Assembly: GCA_951406725.2 (NCBI GenBank) | Contig: OX597835.1 | Location: 49,042,001-49,106,000 of the forward strand | Length of the DNA: 64,000 nucleotides | Direction of reading: 5' to 3' | Origin: Octopus vulgaris | Taxonomy: Eukaryota | Shown: positions 17,490 through 33,248 of the stretch, one piece after another | How the letters are laid out: every line of letters begins with the position of its first letter | Position numbering within the stretch: position 1 is the stretch's first letter | Notes under the pieces: model-generated | Databases searched by the model: none | What the model was told of the DNA's origin: nothing | The model's input: the letters and a program-made list of their open reading frames with translations, nothing else | Position numbers and translations under genes: made by a program

Positions 17490-18293
17490 GGGCATAGATA
17501 GAGGCAGAGATAGAAAAATTAATAGACACATACATATATACATAAAAACATATACATATGTATATACAGTTGTGTACGTATTTGAGTTTGTATTTGTCTC
17601 TCTACCCATTGACAAGCGATGCTGACTTGTTTACGACACACACCCACTCAGTAACCTAGCGGCTCGGTAAAAGAAACTAATAAAATAAGTGCGTGACTGT
17701 AAAATATGTACTGGTGGGGGTGATTTTTGTATTTCCCCATATCGTTCAGCTTCGGCTTATTTCTTCAAGGTGGTGGGATTTCGTATCACGTGACTGTTCC
17801 TTGGTCGTTGGTCGATTTGGTGTATGAGGGAGATTGACACTGCTGCCCTCATCTAAACCTCATACCGGACCATAGGTTCCTCCGGTACTGTGACTGGGAG
17901 GATATCTCCCAACCGCTTGACAAGCGATCATGAATTGTTTATGCCACCCCCGTAACATAGCCGTTCGGCAAATGGAACTGATAAATAAATACGAGACTGT
18001 AAAATAAGTACTGTTGGGTGTGGAGCAATTTCTTCAACTCACCCGAGTCAGTGTTCCATGACCGTCTCCAACGACTGGAAAAGAAAGGTAATCAGTACCA
18101 GTAATATTTAAGGTTAATATTAAAATGGCTGCCCTAAGTCCGCACCATTAAAACAGTAGTGAACTCCTACCTGGTTCTGTGACTATTCAATACATCAAAG
18201 GCCCTGATTGGTTTAGCAAACTTCAAGTCTGACGCCGAGTTGAAGGCAAAAAGAGAGAGGGGGGACGAGGGTCATGACCTCCGGCTTCCACAG

Positions 18294-18350
18294 ACGACGG
18301 CGACATCACATTTGTTTCTCTATTGACATCATCAGACGGAGGTGGAAGAG
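18294..18350 (+). CDS. Possible 57-nt symmetric cassette exon
   Basis: ctccggcttccacag|...GGAAGAG|gtgagc; phase 1-1, open when joined to exon 6933-7069 (DDGDITFVSLLTSSDGGGR). The polypyrimidine tract is short. Confidence 0.3.
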
Positions 18351-18560
18351 GTGAGCTTCAGTAACCACAAGTCTTCCATACTTCCGTCTTCTGTTTCCTT
18401 TATTTGGCCTGGCCTTTATCACTTCTCCTTCCTGTTCGCCCTCACCCCATCTCTCCCTCTCTCTTTTCCTACACACACCTCACGCCCCTTTCATTCCTCC
18501 TCCTATTCCCTATTATTTGTTTATTAATATTGCTATTGTCATTGTTTTCTTTAGCATTCA

Positions 18561-18615
<55 letters not shown>

Positions 18616-19928
18616 GCTTTCTTGTCATTGAAGTTATTTTCGGCATCGTCATCGGCATTGACATTGTTATTGTTGTTGTTATCGTGGTTGTTGTGGTTGT
18701 AGTTGTTGTTGTGGTTGTGGTTGTTGTTGTTACTGCTGCTGCTGCTGCTCCTGTTGGTTCTGTGAAGTTAATTTTCGGAGATTAAGTCCGAGATAATATT
18801 TCTTTGCTTTGGTTTCTAAAATCGACTCCAGTTTAACAAAGCCACAACAATTGATAAATATATATATTTTATTTGTCAGAGGGGCAACTAGAGAGAGACA
18901 TTACAAGGACAGCTTGCAATTTGTGAGGGTTCTATATCAAAATAGAATGAGGAACGGAAAGTAGAGGGGAATGAGATAATACAATGCAAATTATGCAAGT
19001 TATGTGAATACATGAAGGATACAAAGGAACTTTCAATTGCGGGCAGAGTCAAGGACCTCAGCAGATGCAGGATCGCTCTGACCACCAACGTCACACGACC
19101 TCACCAAACTGTAGCTCTCCAACGTACAGATGTTTCGTGATAATAATGCTGGACTCTCCCATTTGATGTTGTGTTTATCCTCTTGCAGAAGAAATAAAGT
19201 CGGGTCATAAAACAATTTACTCCGAGAAAACAGAAGACAAAGCTAGACATTCGTCAGATTCACTTGTTTGATGCTTTCCATGCAAACATGGGGAGGAGAG
19301 TAACATGTTTCAGGTAGGATTTTATAGGTAAATACTTTCCTCTGGCCAACATTTACTGATTTATCTAGTTGTCCCATAAGTCTTCGAAAGTTCAAAGAAA
19401 CTGGTATGAGAGTGAACGAGGAAGCATCGTTTCACTTGATAGTGAAAAGCGGAGGAATATCAACTACACGCACACACACACACACACTGACATAGATCGG
19501 ACAGCGCATACACACACACATACTATAGGAAACATGCGTGTATGCATAAGAAGCTTCGTAGTTTCCATCTACCAAATTGACTCACAAGGCATTAGATGGC
19601 CCAGGGCTATACTAAGGTATCACAGTGTGCCACTGAACCTAGAACCATGTGCTTGAGAAGCAACCTTTTGCCGAAAGACCTGCACAAACGATTCGTTTAT
19701 AGTAATCAAATGTATGTGCCGTACATTAGCTCGCTCTCTCTCCATCAAATCGTCGTTGCCTCGCCAGGGGCAACATGTAATACAAAGTATGTGAAATACT
19801 TCATGATTCAATACTGCACTCTACTGAGTTATTATAAATCACTTGTTACGGTTAGCTCTACTGATTTTCTGTATATTATGGTTTTCGTAACGAAATACTG
19901 TCTCCCTCATCATTAATGGTGTATATAT

Positions 19929-20028
<100 letters not shown>

Positions 20029-20030
20029 AC

Positions 20031-20086
<56 letters not shown>

Positions 20087-20088
20087 AC

Positions 20089-20130
<42 letters not shown>

Positions 20131-20132
20131 AA

Positions 20133-20618
<486 letters not shown>

Positions 20619-22735
20619 ACATATATATATATATTAATATGCACCACGTACCAACTGCCAGGAATGCGTTTGATGTGTAGCATTAGTCCATCCAATAATG
20701 TGACACCGTTATATTTAGTGACCATTGAAGTGTTGTGGTCGTTGATGGTTAATGGGTTAAATGTGACACTGATGAAAGAGCAAAACTTCTGAAATATGCA
20801 TATACACCCATTAAACATTTTTCATCTTCACTCTCATTGCTGTTTGCATTAGACGTCGCGGATACGGAACAAATCAGTGCTGACTACATATATAAAAATA
20901 TATAAATATATAAAAATGTATGCAAAAATCACCTTAACAGGTATATATAAGTGTGTGTGTGTGTAGATATGTATATAGGTATATATATATAAGAATATAT
21001 ATATACATTTATATATATATATATGCATATATATAACAGCAAGCATATATACGTAAATATATATATATATATATATGAGTGTATATGTATATATGTGTGT
21101 ATGTGTGTATACATGTGTACACATATGTGTGTATATGCGTATATGTGTATATATGTGTATATATGCTTATATATGTATAAATGCGTATATATGAGTATAT
21201 ATCTATACATACATATATATATATACATATATATATATATGTATACATATATACATATATACATATATACATATATATGTATATATATATATGCAATATT
21301 TGTATGTCTGTTTACTTTAGAAACGGTGCTAATAAAGAGATTCACGTGAGAGAATGGATCAAATGTATAAATACATCCTTGCTTTAGTAAACAATAAATT
21401 TTAAATACACAGATTTATGTATAAGTGCGTCTATGTGCGTCGGGTGTCTTTATGTAAACGTGTGTGTGTGTGTGTGTGTGCTAGAATGCGTGTGTACGAG
21501 TGCTGGTTTGTCTCGTGTCTGTTGCGATGACGACAACTGGTGTCGACCGGTAGCCGAACTTCAGACCCGGCTCAGCCTGGAGTCAGTAAGGGTGGGCGTT
21601 GTTCGTCTCGCATTCATTTCACCACAGCCTTCCCCTGAGGATCCGCTTTTAGATTGTCATCCTCCTGGGGTCAATATGAAAGCCACATTGGACTTGTTTA
21701 GTCATTATTATCTAATTCCCATATACATACACGTATGTTTGTATGTATGTGTAGGTGTGAGTGTGCGTGTCTGTGTCTGTGTCTGTTTATATATACATAC
21801 ACACATCTACGCATGTATAAGTATAGGTATGTATATGTATATAAGAATGTATGCACACACATATATAAATATGTATATATATATATATGTATGTATATAT
21901 ATATATATATATATATATACGTATTGTTTTAAGCTGGTGTCTTTATTTGGTTTAGTTAATCGTTTTCTTTGTATTCCTATTATAAATATATTTTTCCATT
22001 TTCATCTCTGTGTCTGCCCACCTCACCCTCCCTTGAGCCTCTGCCCCTTCCTCACCCCCCTACTTCACCGCTGCTACATTGTTTGTGTTGCACTTAAGAG
22101 TTTCCTTTGATTGTTATATAATGTATATTTGGCCTGATGAACTTGGTACAATGGCTATATATAGAGAGGTATATACGTATGTGTGTTTGTTTGTGTATAT
22201 ATGTACGACCATGTTTAGTATCCATGATGATATATTATATTATAGAGAGAGATTGATAGATAAATATATATATATAGAGAGAGAGAGAGATTAATTCATT
22301 CATTCATAGAATGATTGATTGATTGATTGATTGATTCTTTCATTGAGTCATTGATAATTCCAATACCCTAAAACAACGAAAGGCTGGAAGGTTAACACAT
22401 ATATGTTAACCTACCTGCGGTTCGGCAAAGGAGACGGATGGAATAGGAACGAGGCTTTAAAAACCAAAGTACTGCGGTTGAAACATTAGACTGAAAACTA
22501 TTGAAGTGAAAAAAACAAATAGAAGCAAATGAAAAGGGTATATTTTAGAAATCTGCTTCCCAACCCCACTTTTCCATTTTCCCAATTGACCCCCATTTAC
22601 TGGTTACAATATTAAACATAATTTATGCTCACATATATAAACACTGTAAACAGGCGCAGGCGAGAGTGTGAAATAAATAAGCTAATACATATATAGGGAG
22701 GGAGATAGATGGATAGATAGATAGATGAATGGATG

Positions 22736-22779
<44 letters not shown>

Positions 22780-23130
22780 TATAGATAGATAGATAGATAG
22801 ACGGACAGACAGACAGATAGATAGATAGACGGACAGACAGACAGATAGATAGATGGATATATAGACGGACAGACGGACAGACAGACAGATGGATAGATGA
22901 ATGGATGGATGGATGGATGGATAGATATACACACAAACACACACATATGTATAGATATACATTATGTACATGTATATTCGCTAGAATATGTGAATATCAA
23001 TGTCTGCTTATATATGTATGTGTGTGTATGTGTATGTATATGTGTGTGTGTGTGTGTGTATGTATGCATGTATGTATGTATGTATATGTATATATATATA
23101 TGTATGTATGTATATATATATACATATATA

Positions 23131-23170
<40 letters not shown>

Positions 23171-23720
23171 TACATATAGGTCTGAATACTTCCGCATTAC
23201 GAAGAACCTCACACATTATGATTATGAAAAAAGAATATAAAAACGAGAAAGAGAAATAAAATATGGTAAACAAACGTATTAAATTGAAATAACATCCAAG
23301 ACTGAAACAAAAAAAATGGCTAAGAAACATCTATCTCACCAGAACCACCTGTTTTGGGATGCGAAACGAAAGAAGTCAATACTCCTGTTTAATTTCTAAG
23401 ATTCCTTATTTTTTGAAAAAGATCCTTCCTTTAGAATATTGGGCAAAGTCTTAAGCAATGTCAAGATGATGTATTAGTGTATCGCTAACACATATTCTCA
23501 GATCTCAGCATCAGAATTCTGACATTCCTTTAATTAATGTTGATATTGACGGTGATAGTAACGTTCTCTCCCGTTCTGTGAATGGAAAATTCATTATAGT
23601 CAAACTGCTACTGAAACAACAACAACAACAACAACAATAATAATGATAATAGTAGTAGTAGTTGTTGTTGTAGTTGTTGTTGTTGTTGTAGTAGTAGTAG
23701 TTGTTGTTGTTGTTGTTGTT

Positions 23721-23777
<57 letters not shown>

Positions 23778-23786
23778 ATGATGATA

Positions 23787-24178
23787 ACAAGAGCACTCAG
23801 AGAGCGCAAAGCTAGAGAGCGCAAAGCTAGAGAGCGCAAAGCTCTGCCAAGGCCACACCAATGTCCTCTCAACGATTAGCCAGAGGTGATTTTTAAAATG
23901 CGAATATCGGAAATAAACTGGAACTTCTCTCTCAAACGAGAATACTAAAAATTAACCTGACCACTCCCAAAAATTAAATAAATAACCGGAAAAATAATCC
24001 AGAATCCTTGTCTGGTACCGGATCGATCCCAAAATCTGTTCAGTCCATGCCAGTCACGAGGGTAAAGACCCTTGCAAGTTTCATCCGAATCCATCCAGCG
24101 ATTCTTGAGATATCTTGTCCACGGACAAACAAACACGACTGAAAACAATACCTCCGCCTTCGCTAAGGTGGAGGTAAT
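23787..24178. mobile_element. Helentron-associated non-autonomous element (HINE/DINE-1-like)
   Basis: End aacaagagcactcagagagcgcaaagctctgccaagg; other end has (acaa)n and the subterminal hairpin tacctccgcc-ttcgctaa-ggtggaggta; 15-nt unit agagagcgcaaagct x3. Confidence 0.7.
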
Positions 24179-24462
24179 AATAAGAAGAAGAATAAGACGA
24201 AGAAGAATTTCTACTATAGGAACTAGGACAGCAATTTTGAGGGGTTGATGGAAATCGGTTTTACTGACATCAGTACTTGATTGGTACATTTTATTGACCC
24301 CGAAAGACCAAGACCACCTTGGCGAAATTTCAACTCAGAACGTAAAGAGTCGAAAGAAATAACCCCTGAGCACACTAACAATGTGACAGCTAATCAACAG
24401 CAATGGTGAAGAGAATGTTGATGACGATAATGGATGGTGATGGTGGTGGTGTTACTGTTGGC

Positions 24463-24692
24463 GGTGGCGAGCTGGCAGAAACGTTAGCACGCCGGGCGAA
24501 ATGCTTAGCGGTATTTCGTCTGCGTTACGTTGTGAGTTCAAATTCCGCCGAGGTCGACTTTGCCTTTCATCCTTTCGTGGTCGATAAATTAAGTACCAGT
24601 TACGCACTGGGGTCGATGTAATCGACTTAATACCTATGTCTGTCCTTGTTTGTCCCCTCTGTGTTTAGCCCCTTGTGGGTAATAAAGAAATA
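24463..24692 (+). mobile_element. SINE family A (Deu/Nin-type core), full-length
   Basis: tRNA-like head with B-box gagttcaaattcc; core gtcgactttgcctttcatcctttcgtggtcgataaattaagtaccag; tail aataaagaaata. Confidence 0.88.
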
Positions 24693-24997
24693 GGTAGTGG
24701 CGATGGTGGCACTGGTGATGGTGGTGGTAATGATGATAATGAGGATGATTGCAATTTAAGTACAGGGCCAGTAGCTTTGCAAGATGTGAGTTAATTGATA
24801 CAATGGAAGCCATTAGACTTGACCGTTACAGGTTTAAGCAATGGTTTAAGTTTGAAAGGGAACGTTGGGTTCTAATCCGAACGTGCTCAACTGAAGTCCT
24901 TTCTAGGGGACGGTAAAAGAAAGACCCAGTCTAGTACTGATATCAATGACATTGATTTACACTCCCACCTCTCAAAACAAAAATTATAATAGTATCA

Positions 24998-25059
<62 letters not shown>

Positions 25060-25190
25060 ATAAAAGAATTAATTATTATTATTATTAAATTCAAATTACG
25101 ATGAACGTAAGCAAACAAACGAAATTTGCTTTAGAAGCGTTGAGATGTCTTAGAAAGTTAAAGACGGGATTTTAAATTTTCAAACGCAGG

Positions 25191-25328
25191 ATAATGCTAA
25201 TAATATAGCCTGATCAGGAGGAGCTACCCCTATTTTGCAGAAAAAAGTGTTGGCGGCCGGCTCGGCCACCAACACTTTTCTGCAAAATAGGGGTAGCTGT
25301 CCTGATCAGGCTATATTATTAGCATTAT
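25191..25328. repeat. Near-perfect 138-nt hairpin (fold-back/MITE-like)
   Basis: Arms ataatgctaataatatagcctgatcagga..gtgttggcggccg / cggccaccaacac..tcctgatcaggctatattattagcattat; 3-nt loop gct. Confidence 0.9.
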
Positions 25329-25737
25329 TATTAGTATTATTAGTATTATTATTATCATTATTATTATTATTATTATCATTATTATTATTATTATGCTTTG
25401 ACTTCTCAGAGTTCTTCATTTCACTTGCTCTGGCGAATTCGGCAAGAACTCACAGCGTCTGTTTCTACGATACTTAACAACCAAGCGCCAATCTCAAAAT
25501 CTTCGCTGCCGCCCAGTAGAGCAGTTCAATCCTCACTGTCCCCAGTGAAGCAGCTTGTCATCATCATCATCATCATCATCATCACCATTATTATTATTAT
25601 GGTATACCATGTATACTTGCACTTTTTATCGTTTCATTATATGTTAACACCCACACTTTAAGAAGTCTGTCTTTACTCTGGTGAAAAAACATAAGAAATC
25701 ATTATTATCTTTGGTGGTAGTGGTGGCGGTGGTGGTG

Positions 25738-25823
<86 letters not shown>

Positions 25824-26004
25824 TAATTGGCTAGAGGAGTGATGGACTGGGGATATTGTAAAACCGAATAAAAAGAGCAGTGTTGTGGTTTACCTAGGTT
25901 AAGGTACAAAATAACAAAAGATATAGGAAGGAGTATATATGTGGGTATGAATATATATTACGAATGTGTGTATATGTGGGTATATATGGTGGTTGTCTAC
26001 TCAT

Positions 26005-26240
26005 TACGCAGAGTCTGACCACCTCTTGTGCCTACATCTTATATCTGTCATGGCTTTTAAAACCAGACAATGTTTAGAGAAAACACCCACATAGATTGCA
26101 TATCCGATTTGGACCACCAAAAGCTGCAGTGAAGGTCTGACCTTTGTGGGTCTTAAAATGTTTTTTGAGGCCTCCCTTAGAATTGCAGACCTTATGGCAT
26201 ACACAGTATTGAAAGCTGTGCACCGATAATATAGACCGAA
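26005..26240 (-). mobile_element. Degenerate PLE C-terminus (Nematis-like CxxC..CRH motif)
   Basis: Minus-strand frames give RICNLC and, after a frameshift, IRCRHKR, resembling the CxLC..CRHxxK end of Nematis-type PLEs. Confidence 0.45.
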
Positions 26241-26620
26241 TATATATCATGAGAGGTGTATATGTGTGTGCTTGTAATTAATTTTTTAAGCCAAAACAGT
26301 GCAAGTTATCAGAAATAATAAAAGTCGATGGTTTGTAATTTAACCTAGTATTTTAATAATTCGAGTTAGAACCTCCTCTTCAGTACATCTTCGGAGAAAT
26401 GATGTAGTGAGCTGAATTCTCTGTTCTGTAGTGTGTGTGTATATATGTGGTAAGTGTCTGTGTGTTTGTATGTACGTATGTGAGTACAGTGTTTGTATGT
26501 ACGTATGTATGTATATATGTGAGTACGTATATGTATATATGTATATATATATATGTATATATGTGTGTATATATATGTATATATATATATATGTGTGTGC
26601 ATATATATATGTATATATAT

Positions 26621-26669
<49 letters not shown>

Positions 26670-26674
<5 letters not shown>

Positions 26675-26888
26675 TTTATTTAAAGCAGCAGAAAATTCAA
26701 CAAAACCTGTTACTCTGAGTTTCCCGTTGCCGTCCATCGGACAGTTTTTGCTAGCAACAGCTGTCCGATGAACGGCAACGGGAAACTCAGAGTTACAGGT
26801 TTTGTTGAATTTTCTGCTGCTTTAAATAAAGCATATTACTCTACCACTAGTATTTGAGTACTCTTTTTTCCACCTTGTTTCACATTTA
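26670..26888. mobile_element. Fold-back pair of PLE terminal repeats with two mirror-image hammerheads
   Basis: Palindrome 26670-26836 centred on ttgctagcaa. HHR+ 26761-26798 ctgt CCGATGA acg-gcaa-cgg GAAACTCAGAGTT acag; HHR- 26707-26744 (CCGATGG..GAGTA). aataaa follows; (TA)n on both sides. Confidence 0.75.
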
Positions 26889-26909
26889 TATATATATATA
26901 AGCATATAC

Positions 26910-26948
<39 letters not shown>

Positions 26949-26951
26949 CAT

Positions 26952-27001
<50 letters not shown>

Positions 27002-27004
27002 AGA

Positions 27005-27035
<31 letters not shown>

Positions 27036-27040
27036 GTATA

Positions 27041-27150
<110 letters not shown>

Positions 27151-27875
27151 GTGCATAATAAGAGAAAGAGGAAGTATATCAAATATGTACAAGTTATGTT
27201 CTTCATTCATTAAAAATGATCTCTTCTAGATGTCTTATAATTAGCAAATTGGCAATACGGACCAGTTCTGTTGGAGAACGGGAGATAAACTCCGGAATCA
27301 AGATTCGTTACACTCACAAGTGGCAACGTCATTAAAGAAAAGGAAGGTTTATTGTTGGACATAGGAGGAGAGTCGGCGACATATATTTCTGCCTTAATAA
27401 GCGTCGTCAGCATGACACGAAAATTGCCCTGTTCTACTTCCAACAGCCAACAGACATAGAAATACACAAAAAAATGTCTAAAGTCAACTTGCATAAATTA
27501 GTCAAAAAACAGTAAAGAGAACGAGTAGCATGCACGTGAACGGCGTAGACAAATACAAGTAAATGAAATCTCATAAGGCATAGATTCCTGATTTATTGAG
27601 ACTTCGCTTCAAGAGGATGCGTGACAATTGCTAACTGGCAATGCAGACAATATGTATGTATGTATGTATGTATACATGCATGCATATATGCATGTATGTA
27701 TGTAAGTACCTGTGTATGCATGTATATGGGAGAGAGGGAGAGAGACAAAATTTATAAAATGTCAGACTGAAAATGTTTTGGGGTCGATAAGATGTTCCAG
27801 CAAGGCCGCAGTCCAGTGACTACAACCAGAGAAAGAATATAAATAAAATTAACACAGCATATACATGCTCATGCT

Positions 27876-27951
<76 letters not shown>

Positions 27952-28429
27952 AACACACACGCACACACACACGCACAAACACAAACGCACACACACACGC
28001 ACAAACACAAACACACACGTACACGCACACATGAAAACACAGGTTCAGTGTTTGCATTCGTCAACCGTGGGAAAAATATTGTCGCTTAATTCTAATCAGA
28101 TAGATTAATACCTAGATAGAGGGGAAAAGAGAGGATGATAGAGAGAGAGAGAGAGAGAGAGACAGAAATAAGGGATAGATAGATAGGTAGATGGATATAC
28201 AGATATAAACAGGTATTCATATATGCGATCATACAATTGTGCGTATATAATATGCACATATACACATACTTACATGCACACACATCGACACATACGTACT
28301 TTTACATATATACATATCATCCTGTAAACACATACACACACACATACACATACACAGAAACATACATATTCTTAATTTCTTGTTATCAAAAAAATTACAT
28401 TATATTTCAGATACTTATTTATATATATA

Positions 28430-28467
<38 letters not shown>

Positions 28468-28663
28468 TATACATACATACATATATGAATCTACCCATAT
28501 ACACATATGCCTCAGGAGCTGTACCCAAAATCACAGCCTCACAAATAATTATATGGATACAAACGTGTATATGTATACACACCGAATATATCTATATATA
28601 CACACACACACATACATTCATATACACACACACACTCATATATGTACGTATGAATATACACAT

Positions 28664-28717
<54 letters not shown>

Positions 28718-28721
28718 ATAT

Positions 28722-28785
<64 letters not shown>

Positions 28786-29253
28786 ATATACACACACACA
28801 CGCACCATGTGCATATTGCTGTCAGTTTTTATTGCTCTAATCAACACTGCTTTCTCAGTTAATCCTTCACCAAACCTTATCCGAAATTATTAAAGCGGTT
28901 GGAAATCTTAAATCATTCCAGATGTCTTGCTCCGCCCTAACCGCACCCTCATTTTGATCCTCTCTCTGTCTCTCACACACTCTTCTTCTCTGCTTCTATC
29001 TTAATCTGTCTTCTTCTCACTCACCCTTCTCTTTCCCTTGCTCTCTCTCTCTCTCCCTCTATCTCTCTCTCCTTCTCTTTCTCTCTTTCTCTCTCTCCCT
29101 ACCTATCTTCGTACTTCTCACACACTGTATTTCTGTCGCACCTTCTCTCATCACTCTCTGTATCTATTCATGTGTATATAGAGTATATGGATATATATAC
29201 ATATATAAATATGTACACACACACACACAAACACACACACATACACACACACA

Positions 29254-29298
<45 letters not shown>

Positions 29299-29639
29299 AC
29301 AAATATATATCGATTGATTGAGTAATTGATAGATTAATACAGGCATACATATACGATGTACATAAAGCTGGTACCGTCAACATCAGACGTGCAGGCGTAG
29401 AGGCACGTTTAAAAAATATTTTTCGGCCATTTCCTTTTACATTTATGCCGAGTCCTCCAACCTAAATCAGTAACTGCTTTATTTCTCCGGTTATAGATAA
29501 GAGAAGCACCTTTTACCTACCAACGTTGCGCTATTCAGACCGGGTTTTAAAAACATACCTTATACCACATGGAATTTCGCTAACACGATCATTGCTCTGA
29601 AGCTAACGACCCCACCACCGACGAAAACAGTACTACAGC

Positions 29640-31200
29640 ACTAGTGGGCTATCCAAGAAGACATAAGTGCTCTATTCCTCTGACTTGGACTCTACAACTA
29701 AACCAACATCTACTTCGATGCTATGAAAAAGCCTGTGAATGCCCTTCTAGCGGACATATGAAGCGGTTAAAGGTATACTGGGACGAATTTTATCCGAACG
29801 TAAGCACCTTTACTGCGAAACAGCTTCGACAACAAGCATCATTTTTAAAGAGAAAAATGACTTGCTCTCGCGATGCAAATCGATATTCTCAAAATACTGA
29901 GAACTGGCCAAAACCTGCCAAAAGAAAGATCGAAAATAATGGGAACAAACCGCCGCCATCATTAAATCCTCTCCAAATGTAGTTGAGTCAACAGCGAAAC
30001 CTTTGAATATCTTCAACTCTCCTGAAACCACAGTTCATAGAGAACTTTTCTACTTTTTCAAAGCTATCGTTAAGTAACAGGTCATTCTTATTAGGATTAA
30101 GAAAATATCCAACAGCTCTAAATGTTTAAAGTTATCGACGATGCCGCAGGAGAGCTCATGGAATCGTGTGATGTTAATTACTGCAGTCTTAATACCCTCA
30201 TATACACAACTGTTATAACTCTTAAAGAACACCTAAGAGAAATCTGCAGTATACATCATAATGAAAGTATTAAACTGAAACAGCTTACATGGAAAGCAAT
30301 ACTTGAAGAAAACATCAACAATCTACGCCACCATATTAGAGGTTAACAACGATAATAAAATGTAAGAAGAACAATGAGTTTACATCTCATCAGTCACATC
30401 CTTTAAACAAATTAACAAAATGGTAGCGTGGCTCTTCACAAGGGAGGAAGCACTCCGTCGGTTACGACGGTGAGGGTTCCAGTTGATCCGAATTAACTGA
30501 ACAGCCTGCTCGTGAAATTAACGTGTAAGTGGCTGAGCACTCCACAGACACGCGTACCTTTACCATAGTTCTCGGGGATATTCAGCGTGACACAGAGAGT
30601 GACAAGGCCGGCCCTTTGAAATACAGGTACAACAGAAACAGGAAGTAAGAGTGAGAGAAAGTTGTGGTGAAAGAGTACAGCAGGGATCACCACCATCCCC
30701 TGCCGGAGCCTCGTGGAGCTTTAGGTGTTTTCGCTCAATAAACACTCACAACGCCCGGTCTGGGAATCGAAACCGCGATCCTACGACCGCGAGTCCGCTG
30801 CCCTAACCACTGGGCCATTGCGCCTCCACACTCTTCACAACAAGCTCTTGAAGGGAAGTTAATTACTCTAAAACACGAACTCAGGTCTCTCAGTGTAAAA
30901 TCTTCGCTAATGCAAACCAACTTTTGAACGAGTCAGTATAAATCACAAATTTGCTTCTAATCCACCGACAGTATATAGAGAGATGAAGAAGGAAAATATT
31001 ACCGCTAAGAAATTTCCCTCTCAAGAAGATTTTGAATTATTCTGGTTGAAAATCTGGAACAAAAGGGGGAACATCAACCTCAGAGCATCGAAGCTAAATG
31101 CAATAATGAGAGAACACTGTACCAGCATCAACAGCAAAACAAATGCAATTGAATGACGCAAAAAGTAACATGGAGGCTGTACTTCCGATATGTGACGGAA
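29640..31200 (+). mobile_element. Degraded R4/Dong-clade non-LTR retrotransposon, N-terminal ORF region
   Basis: WTLQLNQHLLRCYEKA..GHMKRLKVYWDEFYP..TAKQLRQQA, WKAILEENINNLR and FWLKIWNKRGNIN motifs typical of the R4-clade region upstream of RT; many stops; interrupted by a SINE. Confidence 0.72.
30442..30830 (-). mobile_element. Full-length SINE family C with 10-bp TSD
   Basis: Intact tRNA-like head at 30830; TSD ctcttcacaa at 30432-30441 and 30831-30840. Confidence 0.92.
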
Positions 31201-31278
31201 AGACAAACCACGCATGGACACATACACCGCTCTGTGTGCGTGTATGGGGGCAAGTGTGAGCGAGTATTTGTGTGCATA

Positions 31279-31332
<54 letters not shown>

Positions 31333-31607
31333 TTTAGTAAAATTTAGATTCAGTTGGATATGGTACTTAAGTTAAAGGCACCAGAATTTAGTATGGTATT
31401 ATCCATCGTACTGCATTACCTCTGAATATCCTTGTTGTTTATTTTGATTATATATATATGGCGGCGTACGTACATTTTGGTCTTATATATATATATACAT
31501 ATATATATACTATACACATATATACATACACAGACATATATACGCATATTTTTTTCTTTACTAGAGGCCATGCTATACATATAACCAAATATATATATAT
31601 ATATATA

Positions 31608-31921
31608 AGGCAAAGAGCGTCGGGCTCACAATCATCAGGTAATGAGTTCGATTCTCTAATCAGGCTGTGTGTTGTATTCTTGAGCAAGACACTTTATTTC
31701 ACGTTGCTCCAGTTCACTCAACTGTAGAAATGCATTGTGTCCAAGCTATATCAGCCTTTGCCTTTCCCTTAGATAACATTGCTTGGATGGAAAGAGGAGG
31801 CTGGTACGCATGGGCGACTGCTAGTCTTCCATAAACAATCTTGCCCAGACTTGTGCCTCAAAAGGGGACTTTCTAAGTGGAATCCCATGGACATTAACGA
31901 CTGAAAGCGGACTTTACCCTT

Positions 31922-31922
<1 letters not shown>
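31608..31922 (+). mobile_element. tRNA-derived SINE family D
   Basis: B-box gagttcgattc; core ttcttgagcaagacactttatttcacgttgctccagttcactcaactg; collinear with 45855-46200. Confidence 0.8.
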
Positions 31923-32587
<665 letters not shown>

Positions 32588-32852
32588 TGCATAAGTAAAA
32601 GAATAGCATTTGAGATTAACACAGACTTGATATAAATATATTTATATGGCGCGCAAAAATTACATATTTATACATCGTGTGTGTGAGTGTGTGTTTGTGT
32701 GTATGTCCGTGTGTATGTATATAATCCCTAATCCATTTTTCCCCCCTTTAATTTTATATCTCACACACTTATACACTAAAATCAATCTCTGCTCTCAATA
32801 TCTTTCTTTTCCTCCTCTCGCCTTCTATGTTTCTATCACCTTCTCTCTCTCT

Positions 32853-32917
<65 letters not shown>

Positions 32918-33024
32918 GCACACACAGTTACACAAACATATATATATATATACTCAGACATACATGTATATACATAATAAAAATATACATACATATATAC
33001 ATGTATATACATATATATGCGCGC

Positions 33025-33066
<42 letters not shown>

Positions 33067-33135
33067 CAAAATTAAGGATAAAATCATTTTAATGGTTTTA
33101 TCAAGTGACAAGCATATAGTGTATAAATTGTATAA

Positions 33136-33167
<32 letters not shown>

Positions 33168-33172
33168 TCACT

Positions 33173-33248
<76 letters not shown>

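Noticed and set aside
23800-23845. CRISPR-like short direct repeats
   Set aside because: Spacerless 15-nt triplication inside a HINE end, in a eukaryotic context.
30750-30830. tRNA gene
   Set aside because: The tRNA-like sequence is the head of a SINE with a body, tail and TSD; the same applies to the other SINE heads.
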